Assembly: GCF_964355755.1 (NCBI RefSeq)
Contig: NC_092675.1
Location: 5,761,812 to 5,825,811, forward strand
Direction of reading: 5' to 3'
From: Antedon mediterranea
Taxonomy: Eukaryota; Animalia; Echinodermata
Length of the DNA: 64,000 nucleotides
Made by a program: the position numbers and the translations under genes
The notes under the pieces: model-generated
Told to the model about the DNA's origin: nothing
The model's database searches: none
The model's input: only the letters and a program-made list of their open reading frames with translations
Shown: one piece after another, positions 13,201-26,400 of the stretch
Position numbering within the stretch: the first letter of the stretch is position 1
Layout of the letters: each line of letters starts with the position of its first letter

Positions 13201-13436
13201 ATTTCACCTTTTCTACACTGTATGTAATATGTATGCAGATTATACTGTAGTGTTTGCATGTATACTATATGACACAAAATTGACAGAATTCAGCACTAAC
13301 AGCATATCATATTCTTCAGTTCTTGTCATAATGCCATAATCTTTATCTGTGTGCAATATTCCAACGTATGACGTGCACGTGGCGTTTGTCGTGGTGCGGA
13401 TAACTAACTCGTCAAAGTGACGAGTTTCATGTCTAG
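10284..13436 (+). mobile_element. Nested HINE pair: heads at 10284 and 10335, inner unit ending 11907, headless body 11908-13436
   Basis: Two consecutive AGTTATCCGC...GCGGATAACT heads and two tails GCGGATAACTAACTCGTCAAAGTGACGAGTT...GTCTAG. Confidence 0.85.
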
Positions 13437-13550
13437 TTAGTTATCCGCTTAGTAGCGGATAACTCCTTGTAATCGTCCTGTTTCATCAAATTTTTTTCCT
13501 GTATTATTGGTTATCCGCACTTGGCGGATAACCCCTTGTTATTGTCAGGA

Positions 13551-13584
<34 letters not shown>

Positions 13585-14796
13585 GTTATCCGCACTTGGC
13601 GGATAACCCCTTGTTATTGTCAGGATCTTTTTTTTTTTTTTTTTTTTTTTTCTATGTTATTCTTCTTTCTTTCCCCGAATTTTGTTCGCAGCATATCTCT
13701 ATCTTCTGGCCAACATAAGATTGTATAACTTTGTCATAACGTTGACCTATAGCTATAGATGTGCAGCCAAGCTTTTGGACGATTTTGGAGTTGCGCAGCG
13801 CAAGTTACGCGCAATTTTATGAATTTCAATGATTGATCATAGAATAAAAACCAAAAGTAATTTTGTATTGAAACTTGGTGAAAGTTTAAGTTATATCAAG
13901 CGCAAACTTTCTATGGATTAAAAATGGCATGTTTCACAAAAAGTTACGCGCGCACGCGCGTTTAAAATTTCAAAATGCGAAAAATCAATTTCTAATCAAC
14001 TTTCTACGCGTTTCATGTCATTTTGAGCATTTCAAAAATTCCCACGCGTGCGCAATTTTTTTACGCGCGCGTGCGCACGTAGTGCAAAAACATCTCTTTT
14101 TTGCTTGATTTTTGTTTTTTCAGCCTTTTCTAGTAAATTTACCAATTTTCAATCAATTTCGACTTAAAATCACGTCATACGAGCACGTAAAATTGAACAA
14201 TTTGCGCGCGTTTTTGATGAAAAAGTTCAAAAATTTGTCAAAATTATGCCTTTTTTCAAACAGTCATAAATTTTAAACTACGCGGTGAACTTTTTTAAAA
14301 TTACATATTCTGGAAGTTGATGAGTTTTATTTCTCGAATCATGCATTGATATGACTAACCGGACGTTGTGACGTCATTGTTTGGCCACTCGAATATGAAA
14401 TATAGGATTTTTGTCTCTTTCGTCATAGCTCGTCACATTTAATAGAGCGTATCTCCACTTATCCGTATTCCATTTCCCCTCATTTTTTTATATTGTCTAA
14501 CTCAATCAATTACCTTTCGCATGATTTACAATTTTTAAAATTGTGATGACGTCATCATGTTCAAAAGCGTCAATAACTTTGGTCACTTATTTTCACCTAT
14601 CCTGAACTGTATGTAGTACGTTTACAGTATATAGTGTATACTGTATATACTTTGACGTGACACAAAATAGAGAGCGCACTAACATTTTTTTCAATGGCAT
14701 AATCGTTTTTCTGTGCGCAATATTCTAACGTATGATGTGCACGTAGCGTTTACGCGGTGGATAACCTTACTCGTCCATAGTGAGGAGTTCAAATCT
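13437..14796 (+). mobile_element. Three stacked HINE heads (13437, 13507, 13582) and a unit with a degenerate 3' end
   Basis: Head hairpins visible. The tail reads GGATAACCTTACTCGTCCATAGTGAGGAGTTCAAATCTTT: mismatched hairpin and no CTAG. Confidence 0.8.
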
Positions 14797-16189
14797 TTTT
14801 TTTATATTCTTCTTTCTTTCCACGAATTTTGTTGGCAGCGTATCTCTAATTCTGGTCAACATAAGATTGTATAAATTTGTCATAAGATTGACGAGCTGAT
14901 GAATTTTAGATATAGATTCATATTCATTTTTTCTATCTGATTTCTTTTTTTCTTCATATGGCCAGTTAAATTTTAAAAAGTCGGATTTTCATTTCTCGTA
15001 AAAGTTTGTCGTGTTTAAAAAAACGCGCATGTTAATTTTACGTGGCCAAAATTATTTACCTTTTTAGAATGTAATTATTTAGATAATTTTTTAGATAACT
15101 ATGGTTTTAAATTTTTATCTTCATGTTTCATTTTTATGATGTCATCATTTAAAAAATGTGAATAAAATATGGGCCTCGTAATTGTTTCTGTGCTTCACTG
15201 TATATCTAGACGTATGATTCAAAATAGACACAATTCAGTAAAAGTTCATCGTTTTTAAATGACCGCGCCTCTCACTTTTATGTGCCTGAATTTCCTGAAA
15301 ATGTAAACATGTTGCAGCTCAGACAAAATTGTCCTATTGGATGCTGTGAAGTCATTCTATGGGTCATGCTATGAGATGATGCTATGGCCAGTAATTGGAA
15401 AGGTATTTAGAAAGGTAGGATTTTCATGTATTTTTGTCATAATTCATCACTTCAACATATTACGTATATCTCAGTCGTAGTGGCAAATTTTCTTTTTAAA
15501 TTAAATTTGTTATGTTCTCGTTGAGATGAATTACTTTTCGAAAATGGACATGCCTTTATGTTTTTTTTATAACATCAAACAATATTATTCCCGTGATTTC
15601 AGCTCTGCTATACACCATAATGTACTCTACAGTACAACCAGTTAAAGAATTACAGAGCAGAGGAGACAATAAATTGTTATTATTATTCAGTGTTTTGATC
15701 TAATTGAGTTTAAGTTACAGTGAAACTTGCTTCAATAGATATAATAGTTCTAATAAAACTAATATCATCACACCATAACTGTTAAAAATAATATTTTATT
15801 TTAAACAAATAATAAGTATAAAATGTATGCATTTATAAAAGCTTTCATTGGTTAATGCAAATTGTACACAATTTTCAAAATTATAGTAGGCTGTTTATAC
15901 TACAGTAGTTTATTTGGTGATCAGTAATTTTACATTACATTACCTACATTATATACATGTTAATTTGTGGATTAATTAAACGCATATTTATTAATCTATT
16001 TATAGAAGATTCTTATTTTTTAACAATCATTAATATAATTAATAATTTAATCATTTGCCGCGTTTAGACAATTGCTATGAAAGAGCGAATGACTGCATTG
16101 ATGACTGCCTAAATATTCGGATCCTATTATAGTTGAAGAGATGAAACCATTCTATTAAACACCTAAAAAGCAAAACAAAATAACTTGAT

Positions 16190-17345
16190 TATTCTTGCAA
16201 ATGAGTAAATTACTGTGAATCTGGATAGATAGAAAAAATAAAATAAAAAACAACTATGCAACTGAAATTATGTATATACCTAATGAAGTATTGGTAATCG
16301 TATAAAACAAAACGTATTTTCTACTTCTGTAAAATGTAACTTTTTATTTTTAACATTACTTGAATACCGGTAAATATTGAAAGATTATTATGTGCAGAGA
16401 TTACAACATTGCATATTCAAATTCAGAACAATATCTATAATAATATAACTAACATAAAAACAAGATTAAAATGTGTTTACTCACCAGATATTGTTTCTCC
16501 TATACAGGAGAATGACATGGGTTGAAGTTACAGATTATTTGCTGCTCCTGTTGCATAGATAATGAACTGATTATTCTTCCAAATGAGTAAATTACTGTAT
16601 TAATAATTTCATGTGGACCTGGATAGATAGAAAAAATAATATAAAAAACAATTATAAAACTGAAATTATGTATAGACCTAATGAAGTATTGGTAATCGTA
16701 TAAAACAAAACGTATTTTTTTCTTTTGTAAAATGCAACTTTTTATTTTTAACATTACTTGAATACCGGTAGATATTGAAAGATTATTATGTGCACAGAAT
16801 ATTCAAATTCAGAACAATATTTATAATAATATAACTGAAATAAAAACAAAATTAAAATGTGTTTAGACACCAGATATTGTTTTTCCTATACAGGAGAATG
16901 ACATGGGTTGAAGTTACAGATTATTCGCTGCCCCTCTTGCATAGATAATAAATTGATTATTCTTCCAAATGAGTAAATTACTGTATTAGTAATTTCATGT
17001 GGACCTGGATAGATTAAAAAAATAATATAAAAAAAAAACAAATATACAACTGAAATTATGTATAGACCTAATGAAGTATAGGTAATGGTATAAAACAAAA
17101 CGTATTTTCTTCTTCTGTGAAATGTTACTTTTTATTTTTAACATTACTTGAATACTGGTAGATATTGAACGATTATTATGTGCACAGAGATTGCAACATT
17201 GCATATTCAAATTCAGAACAATATCTATAATAATATAACTCACATAAAAACAAGATTGAAATGTGTTTAGACACCAGATATTGTTTTTCCTATACAGGAG
17301 AATGACATGGGTTGAAGTTACTGATTACTCGCTGCCTCTTGGGCA
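16190..17345. repeat. ~390-400-bp tandem repeat (about 3 copies) downstream of the transposase ORF
   Basis: ACCAGATATTG...CCTATACAGGAGAATGACATGGGTTGAAGTTAC recurs at ~16483, ~16869 and ~17273; homologous array in copy 2. Confidence 0.9.
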
Positions 17346-17475
17346 TAGAGAGTCATAATGATTTTCAGCTTGTTTTTATCAAATTGTTTTTTTTTATTTG
17401 TATCCAGTTCTTTTTTCAATTCCTAAAAAGTTTTTACAGAAATATAATTCAAATACTTAAAAGGTATTGCTGCAA

Positions 17476-20400
17476 TTAAAATTTAATTTGAATGGCTTCA
17501 TGATAGCTATAATAAATTGGAATTACTTCAGCCTGTACTGAATCAAGACCTTTGCTATAAACATGATCAATCAATGTATTGTTTTCAGTGGTGGAACATG
17601 TAACATGTTGTCGGTATTCATTCTCTGACATTAAATTATTCACTCTGGAAGATTGTTTGAAAAGATTTTCGTTAAAATCACCCATTACAATACATTTTGT
17701 ACTCACTTTTTGTAACTCTTCCAAATAGTTTCTCAAATTTTGACAGAATTGATTAATATCATAGCTTGGGGGTCGATAAATTACTGACACGGAAACTGAA
17801 ATTGGACTTGTTATTAAAAATGAAACTGCTTCTATATCATAATTAGGTATGTTTAATCTGCTTGAAAACTTGTTTTTGGTATACACTGCAACGCCGCCAT
17901 GAGCCTGATTTTTCATTTTGGAACTCAGATCATTTCTATTAGAATACGAATCATACCTTGTTTGGTGATACAATTTATACGGCTCAATATTTACTTCAAA
18001 AACATCGTCATCTTTATTCAACCACGTTTCAGTCAGACATATGATACTAGAATTCATAAACAAATCATTGCACTGAAGATCAGCAAAATGCTGTTTAAGT
18101 CCTTGAATGTTATGTAACATTATTGAAAATTTAGAATCCGAATCATGACCTTGTTTTTCACATTGTACATATGAATCCATATTATTTAAGCATTTCTTTA
18201 TGTTTGGATCACAATAAATCAGATTAGGATTAAGATGTTCAATAGTAAGTCCAGATATTGAAGTAACACGACTGAGGGCTACGTATGCTTGTCCAGGTGC
18301 AAAGGTACTGTTAAGGCAAACTACTGCTTCATTCATTGTCAATCCTTGGACTTTATGAACTGTGCATGCATATGCTAATTTGAGAGGAAATTGTTTTCGA
18401 CTATATTTATTCCCCATAGATTCTTTAAACATTTCAATTGCCTGAACACCGATGCTATTATTATCAAACTTTACTTTAATAGTTACTGGTTTGGCGTTAT
18501 TATTGGGTTTGACTATTTCATAAACATGTCCCATACATCCATTCGTTAAGCCTTTTTTAACATCTACATTTTTAATCAACATCACTCTGGCATTAAGTGC
18601 AATCCACAAATAATTTAGTAAACTAGTTTGACGTGAATTCCGAGGTTTGTCACAAATTTTGCTCTGTTTCTTGGCGTTTACTACACTATCTTCTGCTTCA
18701 ATGCATACAATGTCTGTACAGGTTTTGTGCAACATTTTTTTATTCCATTCATCAACTTGTTTATTGCGTGGGTAAATATGAACAGCATCTTCACATTCTT
18801 CCCCTGTTTCACGTGATTTTAAAACAAATAAATCGTTATCAGACAAACAATCATGTTTTTCTTTTGTACGCAATTTGTTTAACAATAAAGCAAATTCTTT
18901 ATCTTCTTTTTGTCTCATGATTTGGTCTAACTGTACTTGCTTAAAGTTATCTAACCACAGTGAGCTTTCCAATGTGTCTTTATATAACGAACTGCCCATC
19001 ACTGGGGGTAACTGATAAAAATCACCAACAGCAATTACTGAAATGTTACCAAATGGACTATCGTTGCGTACTTGTTTTATTTGCCTTAATCTTCCGTGGA
19101 TATACCAAAGTAACCTTTGATTTACCATTGATATTTCATCTATAATAACAATTTGCAACTGACACAACTGATTACGAAGTGCACTTATTTTTTCTTCTCC
19201 AAGTGGTTGATACGGAAGTGAAATATTAATCGGGATAGACAAAGCGCTATGAATTGTTTGGCCTTTAATATTATATGCTGCGATTCCTGTAGGAGCTAAT
19301 TTCAATATTGACAAATCATCGGGATTTTCCATAATTTTTCCAAGAATACGTGTCGCTTCATTATAAATACAGTTTACCAAATGACTTTTTCCTGTACCAG
19401 CGCCACCAGTTATGAAAGTGTAAAATGCTTCAGGTTTTTTACCATTAGCTTTGTCTAAACACCATTGTCTTGTCTTATAAAATATATGTTGTTGTTTTTC
19501 ATTTAAAGATCGAATCATTTTGTTCAATTCTGGTCTTGGAATATTAGATGAATTAGACTCTACTTTAGATGTATGATTTTTTTGAATTCCAAAATCTGGA
19601 ATGAAAAATTCATCTTCTTCATCATCAACCTCTACATTTGGCTTTGGGTTGTCTAACCTTTCTTTTTCGCTTTCTGGACATAATAAACTCCATGCATCTT
19701 CTTGTGGTCCAAATTTTGATAAACATTCCTGTGCTTCTTCAACATCATCAGCACTTTTTTCATATTGTTCCATGTTTCCATGAACTATTGACTTTACCGT
19801 TTGTAATTGACAGTCACATAATTTCACACATCCTTCCTCATGAAATTGTTCGTACGTTTCAAAATTTGGAGGTTTTAACTGTTCATCTTTTCGAAATGGT
19901 AGAAATAACTGAAGTATACTCAAAAAATATTTCTCAGGTGCTGTATCCATTGGAAATCGAGGGTATCTTACTATAGCATTACTAGTTCGTGTTCTTTTTT
20001 GGATGAATCCCAACTGTTTTTTTAACTGAAATACATTATTTTTTTGTTTGTTTCCTTTCATTTCTGATGAACTCAATATTCTATATTCCGAACAAAATTT
20101 TGCAAGGCACATTTTATTAAATTCAGAACTATTAGGTCGAGCTTTATATTTGTCGATCTTATTTGGCAACCATGCACTTACATCATCATCTTCTTTGTTT
20201 TTAATTACACTTAGTGGTAAACTCATTCTGACAGGATTAGGTCCTACTGGGATAAATTCAACTTTCCTTGAACATTCTTTTAATCTTAAACTACAAACAC
20301 GATAAATACTTTCTTGTGCAGACACTTCTCGATTATTCATATAAACATTACCAAGTTTTCGCAAACTTTGCCTAGCATCTTCATTGCCTTCTTTTACTTC

Positions 20401-23400
20401 TGATGCTGCATGATTTAACAGTAAACCCATTTCACGTTCAGATTTTGACATATATCCTATAACGTAAATTATACATGCATATACATTTGTAATATATTGA
20501 ATATCCATATTAGCATTCCATGCTCTCAATAAGGAAGGATTATATTGATTTACCCACACATCTTGAGGGTTTCTCTTTATAACTATTTTTTCCTCAGTAG
20601 CTACACAATTATTTGCTTTCTCAAATGCACTCTGTGTAATACCTAAACTTTGGAAAAGTTCTATTGCATTTTTATATGTTTCTTCATTAGTCACAGCATC
20701 TTTTACTGAGGTTAACAGCTCCATTGCTTGTTTATTGTCATCATTATCATCATTGTCTTTATCCACAATTGTAGGTCTCATAACAAATGTATTTCCAGAA
20801 GGTTGTCTGGGAAAGTTAAATCTGCAATTTGTTCCCTTTTTTTTACATGATTTAGAATGTCTTTTACTGTGAATTTGCACACTTTTAACAATTTCATTCA
20901 GTTCACGATCTACAGTTTCACATGGCACAGCACAAGAAATATATTTATCAACAAAATTAATAACTTCATTATCTTTATCTGTACCAAAAATAGGAGCATT
21001 TTCAACCCATACTAACATATGAACATGTGGACTTCCTCTCATTTGAAATTCAATTCGGTAAAAATAATCTACGACTTTACCAATAGGCTGTGCTTCAGAC
21101 AAAATTACATTTTTCAAAAAAGTATGAAAGCGTTTATCAAACATTCTGGCAACAGTCACTGGATTTGATTTCAACAAATTACATTTATCTGCCCATTCTA
21201 ATTCTTCAATGTTTCTTTGGTCTCCAGACTGACTTAGCAATGTCGTCATTATTTCTTTCCAACGGAAATCAGCACTTGAGAATGAAAGAAAGAATGTTGG
21301 TTTTCCAATCTGTCTAACCATTGCTATTATATCTTTTTGTGTAGCTTGCCAGTACGGTGGAGTTCCACGAATTTGTTTTAGAAATTTATAACCCCTATCA
21401 GATTTTAAAATCTCCTGAATTTTGGTAACATTTTTTAAATCGGATACAGTAACTTTGCTAAAATCATCTTTTTTACTTGACCCTTTTCGCAATGCAATGG
21501 AAATACTTGATAAAATTTGTTGAAGTTCATATAAAGATTGAGCATAAAATATGAATTCTGTATTTTGTGCAAACCTGTTATCTATATGCATTAATCTATT
21601 GTGAAAATAACGTCCAAGTGTTATTTTAACATCTCTCGTATCATGGAATGTTGGTTGTCCTGTTGGAAATAACACTGGAAATGATTTTGCTTCATTGCTT
21701 TTATTACTTAACAATGCAATAGGACTATTATTTTCACATGGTGCACAACAAATTATGTCATTAAAATATTCATCAACCAAATTCTGTCGCCTGTCAACAG
21801 GTTGAAGACTTGTATCAAAGGTAGCACCACATAATCGGTCTTCTATTTCTTCTTCTTTTTCTTCTTCTTCATTGTTTTCATTTTCATTAGTAGTTTCCCT
21901 TTCGATGTTATCTTCAGATAAATAATTGTGCCATTCTTCATTAATAGCTATATCAAAATAGCACTTGTTATGATCTTGTAAATATTTAAGAGCTTGAATA
22001 ACATTGGCAGTGTTAACAAATTTATATTTGTAATAACCTTTGTAAGACAACTTTCGCTTCAATTTTACGGATATTAATTGATCATCAACCTGTGGTCTAG
22101 GCAGCATTTTAACAGTTTCAATAGTATTTGAAGGTACACATACAACAGGTCCATGTACTCCATGCTGTCCACCTTTAGGTAAATTCATTAATTTCATAAA
22201 AGGAATGTTTAATCCAATTAAATGCTGCTCTAAATTATTTAAACACCTGAGCTCAGGAGGAATATCGTGTAGTTGTAAATTGTTTGAATTGGCTTCTGCA
22301 GGAACTTTCCCGTTTAACATTTTTCTGTGGCATGTGAAACAAATCCATAAACGACATCTTGGTGATTCGACAAATTGACAAGGTTTATTACATTCATTAT
22401 TGCAAAGATGCAAATACTTTTCATTTATACAAGCCTTATTTTTGTATTTAGCTTTGATGCACTTCATAACTTGATCTTTGAATAACAATTTAAAGCATAC
22501 ACAACAAACATATTCAGGACCACGAGAAACTGTTCTCCTGAAGTTTTCTAAAACAATCTCAAAATTAGTGTTTTCTGTTTTGATTTTTTCCCGATTCTTC
22601 ATGTTTTTATTCATGATTTTGTTTCGGAACCCTTCATCACCATGATACTTTTCTGTAAATCTTTGCTTACACTTTTGCTTACACCTTTGACGAAATTTTA
22701 AATTACCTCGATATTTCTCAGCCAATTTTTGTTTACAGTTTTGTCTAAATTTCAAATTACTCCGATACTTCTCTGCCAATTTGTCTTTACAGTTTTGTCT
22801 AAATTTCAAATTACTCCGATACTTTTCTACCAATTTCTGCTTACAGTTTTGTCTAAATTTAAAATTACTCCGATACTTCTCTGCCAATTTCTGCTTACAG
22901 TTTTGTCGAAATTTCAAATTATTCCGATACTTCTCTGCCAATTTCTGCTTACAGTTTTGACGAAATTTCAAATTACTTCGATACTTCTCTGCCAATTTTT
23001 GGGTAACATTTTCTCTGAATTTGGAATTATTACAATACTTCTCTGCTAATTTTTGCTTCAAGTTTTGTTGAAATGTTAGATCATTGTGATACTTTTCCTT
23101 ATTTCTTTGATTATTGTTTTGTCTAGTTTTATGTCTAAATATTGTATCATTGTTATATCTATTTTTCTTTGTTTCTTTCAAATTTTGCCTATACTTTTCA
23201 TTAAATTTATAATTTAACAAATTGGTGGCTTTTTTGGTTGTTCGGTAATGCAAATTAATGTTGTAGTTATGTCTAGCTTTATTTCGTACCTTACCATTAT
23301 ATTCAGGATCACATCTATACATTTTGTATTGTCTTTTTCTGTTATCTTTACTTTTTTGGAATTTATAATCATCATCATCACAATATTTCATTTTTTGTGC

Positions 23401-26400
23401 CTCTTTTACTTTACGTTTCTTTTTTTCTCTGTATACAGGATCACTTTGATATTTGTTTCCGATTTCATTTGTTTCTTCTGAATTATTTTTTTCTTCTCTT
23501 TCCCGTTTAATTCTCTGTCGATTCTTAGCACTTTCTTTTCTAATTCTATAAGATTGTTTTCGTTTTCTGCTCAATATTTTTACTCTGCTTTCTGAACAAG
23601 GTCTTTCAACAGTTTTACTCTGTTTGTGTTTTGGTTCTATATCTTCAAATGTGTCACAAGTTTCATTTCGCGTTTGCTTTCGTTTCTTTGTTGTAGAATT
23701 CTTTACAGAAAAATTCGCCTCTGTATTTGACAGTTTATTGTGGGATGTCACGTTCATATCAACTTTTCCTGTTGTTTCCTGAACATTATTTTGACTAACA
23801 TTGACAGATTCCACTACATTAAAATGCACATTCATGGTGTACAAAATATATATACCATTGTCAGTTGTAACATCATCTATTCTTCCCGGCTTTTTAGCAG
23901 AAAACAATTGCCACGTCAAAAGTTGATCATTAAATGAATAAATATCTGTATTAAGCAAGTTTGCCATTGCACTTATTTCAGTATTGGATGCCCACGTTCC
24001 ATTATCCATTACTCTTTTTTTTAACACATATTCCTTAACTGATCTATACTCGTGACTAAATGTATTAATAAACAAGTCACCAGTCTCCAATAAATGATTA
24101 GTAATTGCTCTTCTTAAAAGAAAATGATTATCTTCAGTACCAGAAATAATGTATGAAATTGCACGATAAAAACAATTACCATCACCTGTAATATTCGTAA
24201 TTTGAAGAGGATGTCCAATCTGACTAGCTCTGTTAATACCACAATTCATATCGGTATGTTCACAATGAATGCCTACTTCATTACACATGTTTTTCTTTTG
24301 TGCTTCTGAGATAGGAATAAATTTAAAATTCTCGTCAGGTCTTCTTTCATACTGAACATTAACAATTTCAATATCACTATCACTTTGCCATCCATTACTT
24401 GATGAGACATGACCTTCTTTATTATGTTTTTTGCCTTTAACGTTAGAATCAATATTCTTGTCTGGTAATCCTGTACTACATTTATATTGATAAGACGTAC
24501 TAGGTTCATCAACATCGACATTTCCAAAGTTGCTTTGTTCACAATTATCATCTAGCACAGAAGCGGAACATAACATCATAGACTTATTTTCAATATTTAC
24601 ACCAGTCAGTTCAAACTCGGTGTCATGTAAATTACAGTTCATTGACCTTGCTAATCTTATACAATAGTCGTACACACCTTGCCAAGATGTACTGTAAAGT
24701 AAAATACTCTTTCCATGCTCACTAACACGACCAAATCGATCTCTTGCATGTGGATCAAATATAAGGAAACCATTTACACGTTTAATAATAGAAAATGTGC
24801 TTCTGTTGAAATTCATAAAAAATGCATCATGTTGGTGTAATTCTTGTTCAAGAGCTTGGTTTAATGACAAGGCTCCATACTCAGCCATAAATTCGAGATT
24901 CCCATCTATTATGCCAAAAACTGATTCTTTGGGAGATATTACAAATGTGTTATCCAAGATATCCAATTCTTTCGGCAGTTCAGAAATCATTAAAAGGTCC
25001 TCGTGCATAGTGGAATCTTTCTGAATGTAACGGTACAACTCGTTTCCAAGAGTCAATATTGTATCAAGGTCTTTGGTGTAAAAATCATTTCCATTCCTCT
25101 TTGTAGAATAAAGAATAGCTACAAGACTATTTGCAACACACTGTTTACCACTTGCAAAGCCAAATCTATAATTCCCTTGATTAAAATTACCCTGTGCTAC
25201 AGTTATATTTTCATTACTATTATATACTTGTAATTCATTTATTGATTGTGTTTTCTGCCTTTTTCGTGTATTTTTTTGTTTTGGTACATCATCGATTATC
25301 AATTCTTCCGAAAAATTATTTTTTGTTAAAATTTCAATGTCCACATCGATAGTATGTTGGTCACATTTAGGTTTAGTATGGGACCTAATTTTTTTAGTCA
25401 TTGCTTTTTTGCATCCGTCATCAATTATGAATACTTCATTTTCCTCAAATTCACAACTTGCACATGTTTGATTTTTATGATCTGTACCATTACTATCAAT
25501 TATTCTACTTCTGTCATTTATTTTGCTATTATTTTGTGTTTTCGCATCTTCAGTCGCTGTGTTGTCGTTTTCTACAGTACATTCTATTTTAAAATCCTCG
25601 TCAGTTTTCGTTTCAGAATTGTCATTATTACCCATGTTCTTTATATCTTTGCCAAACCGTTCCATAGTATCGCAATCATTCTTTAAATTCACATTACCTT
25701 GTGCTTTTTTGTTATCAATCTTCTTAGTTTTGACAAAACGACCTTTGTTATTTCGTAAACGTTTCGAACCACCACCTGATTGTTGTTGTATTCCGTTTGT
25801 TACTTTTGTATTTTTCAAAACATCACACATAGGCCTACCACTGTCGTCAAATATTGTTTGTGAATTTCCCAATACATTCGTTTTAGAATTTTCTTTGTTG
25901 TATTCTCTGTAAGTATTTGTATTCATATTCCATTCCATTTTGTTATTATTTCGTCTTTCATAGAAATCTTTTACACCTTTGCCAATATATTTTACACCTG
26001 GTTCTAAACTTATACCATTTATAACGGGCTTTCTCCTTTTCTTATTTCCTCTATTTTTACATCTTTTTTTTTTGTTGTCGGTTCTTTTCTTTGATCTTAC
26101 TCTCATCCAATCACTACCAAGTAAATCTTCACTTCCTGTTTGTTGACATTTTAATTTGGCATTATTACAACGTTTTTCTTTATTTTTCGTTAATTCTGGA
26201 AAGTCTGCAGTGACAGATTCATCAGGTTCTAGAATCGTATATCTATTGAAATGACAGGGAATACCTATTTCACCCAACATGTTATTAACAAAATTACTAT
26301 TCCCACACATTGAACAAATCCAAATTACCCTGGAATTACATAGTTTGTCTTCAAAAACATCTCTTACACATTTCACATGAAAATATTGACTACAACAGTC

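Noticed and set aside
24740-25200. Endogenous herpesvirus fragment
   Set aside because: The tegument-like domain is fused in frame within the Helentron ORF and no other viral genes are present.
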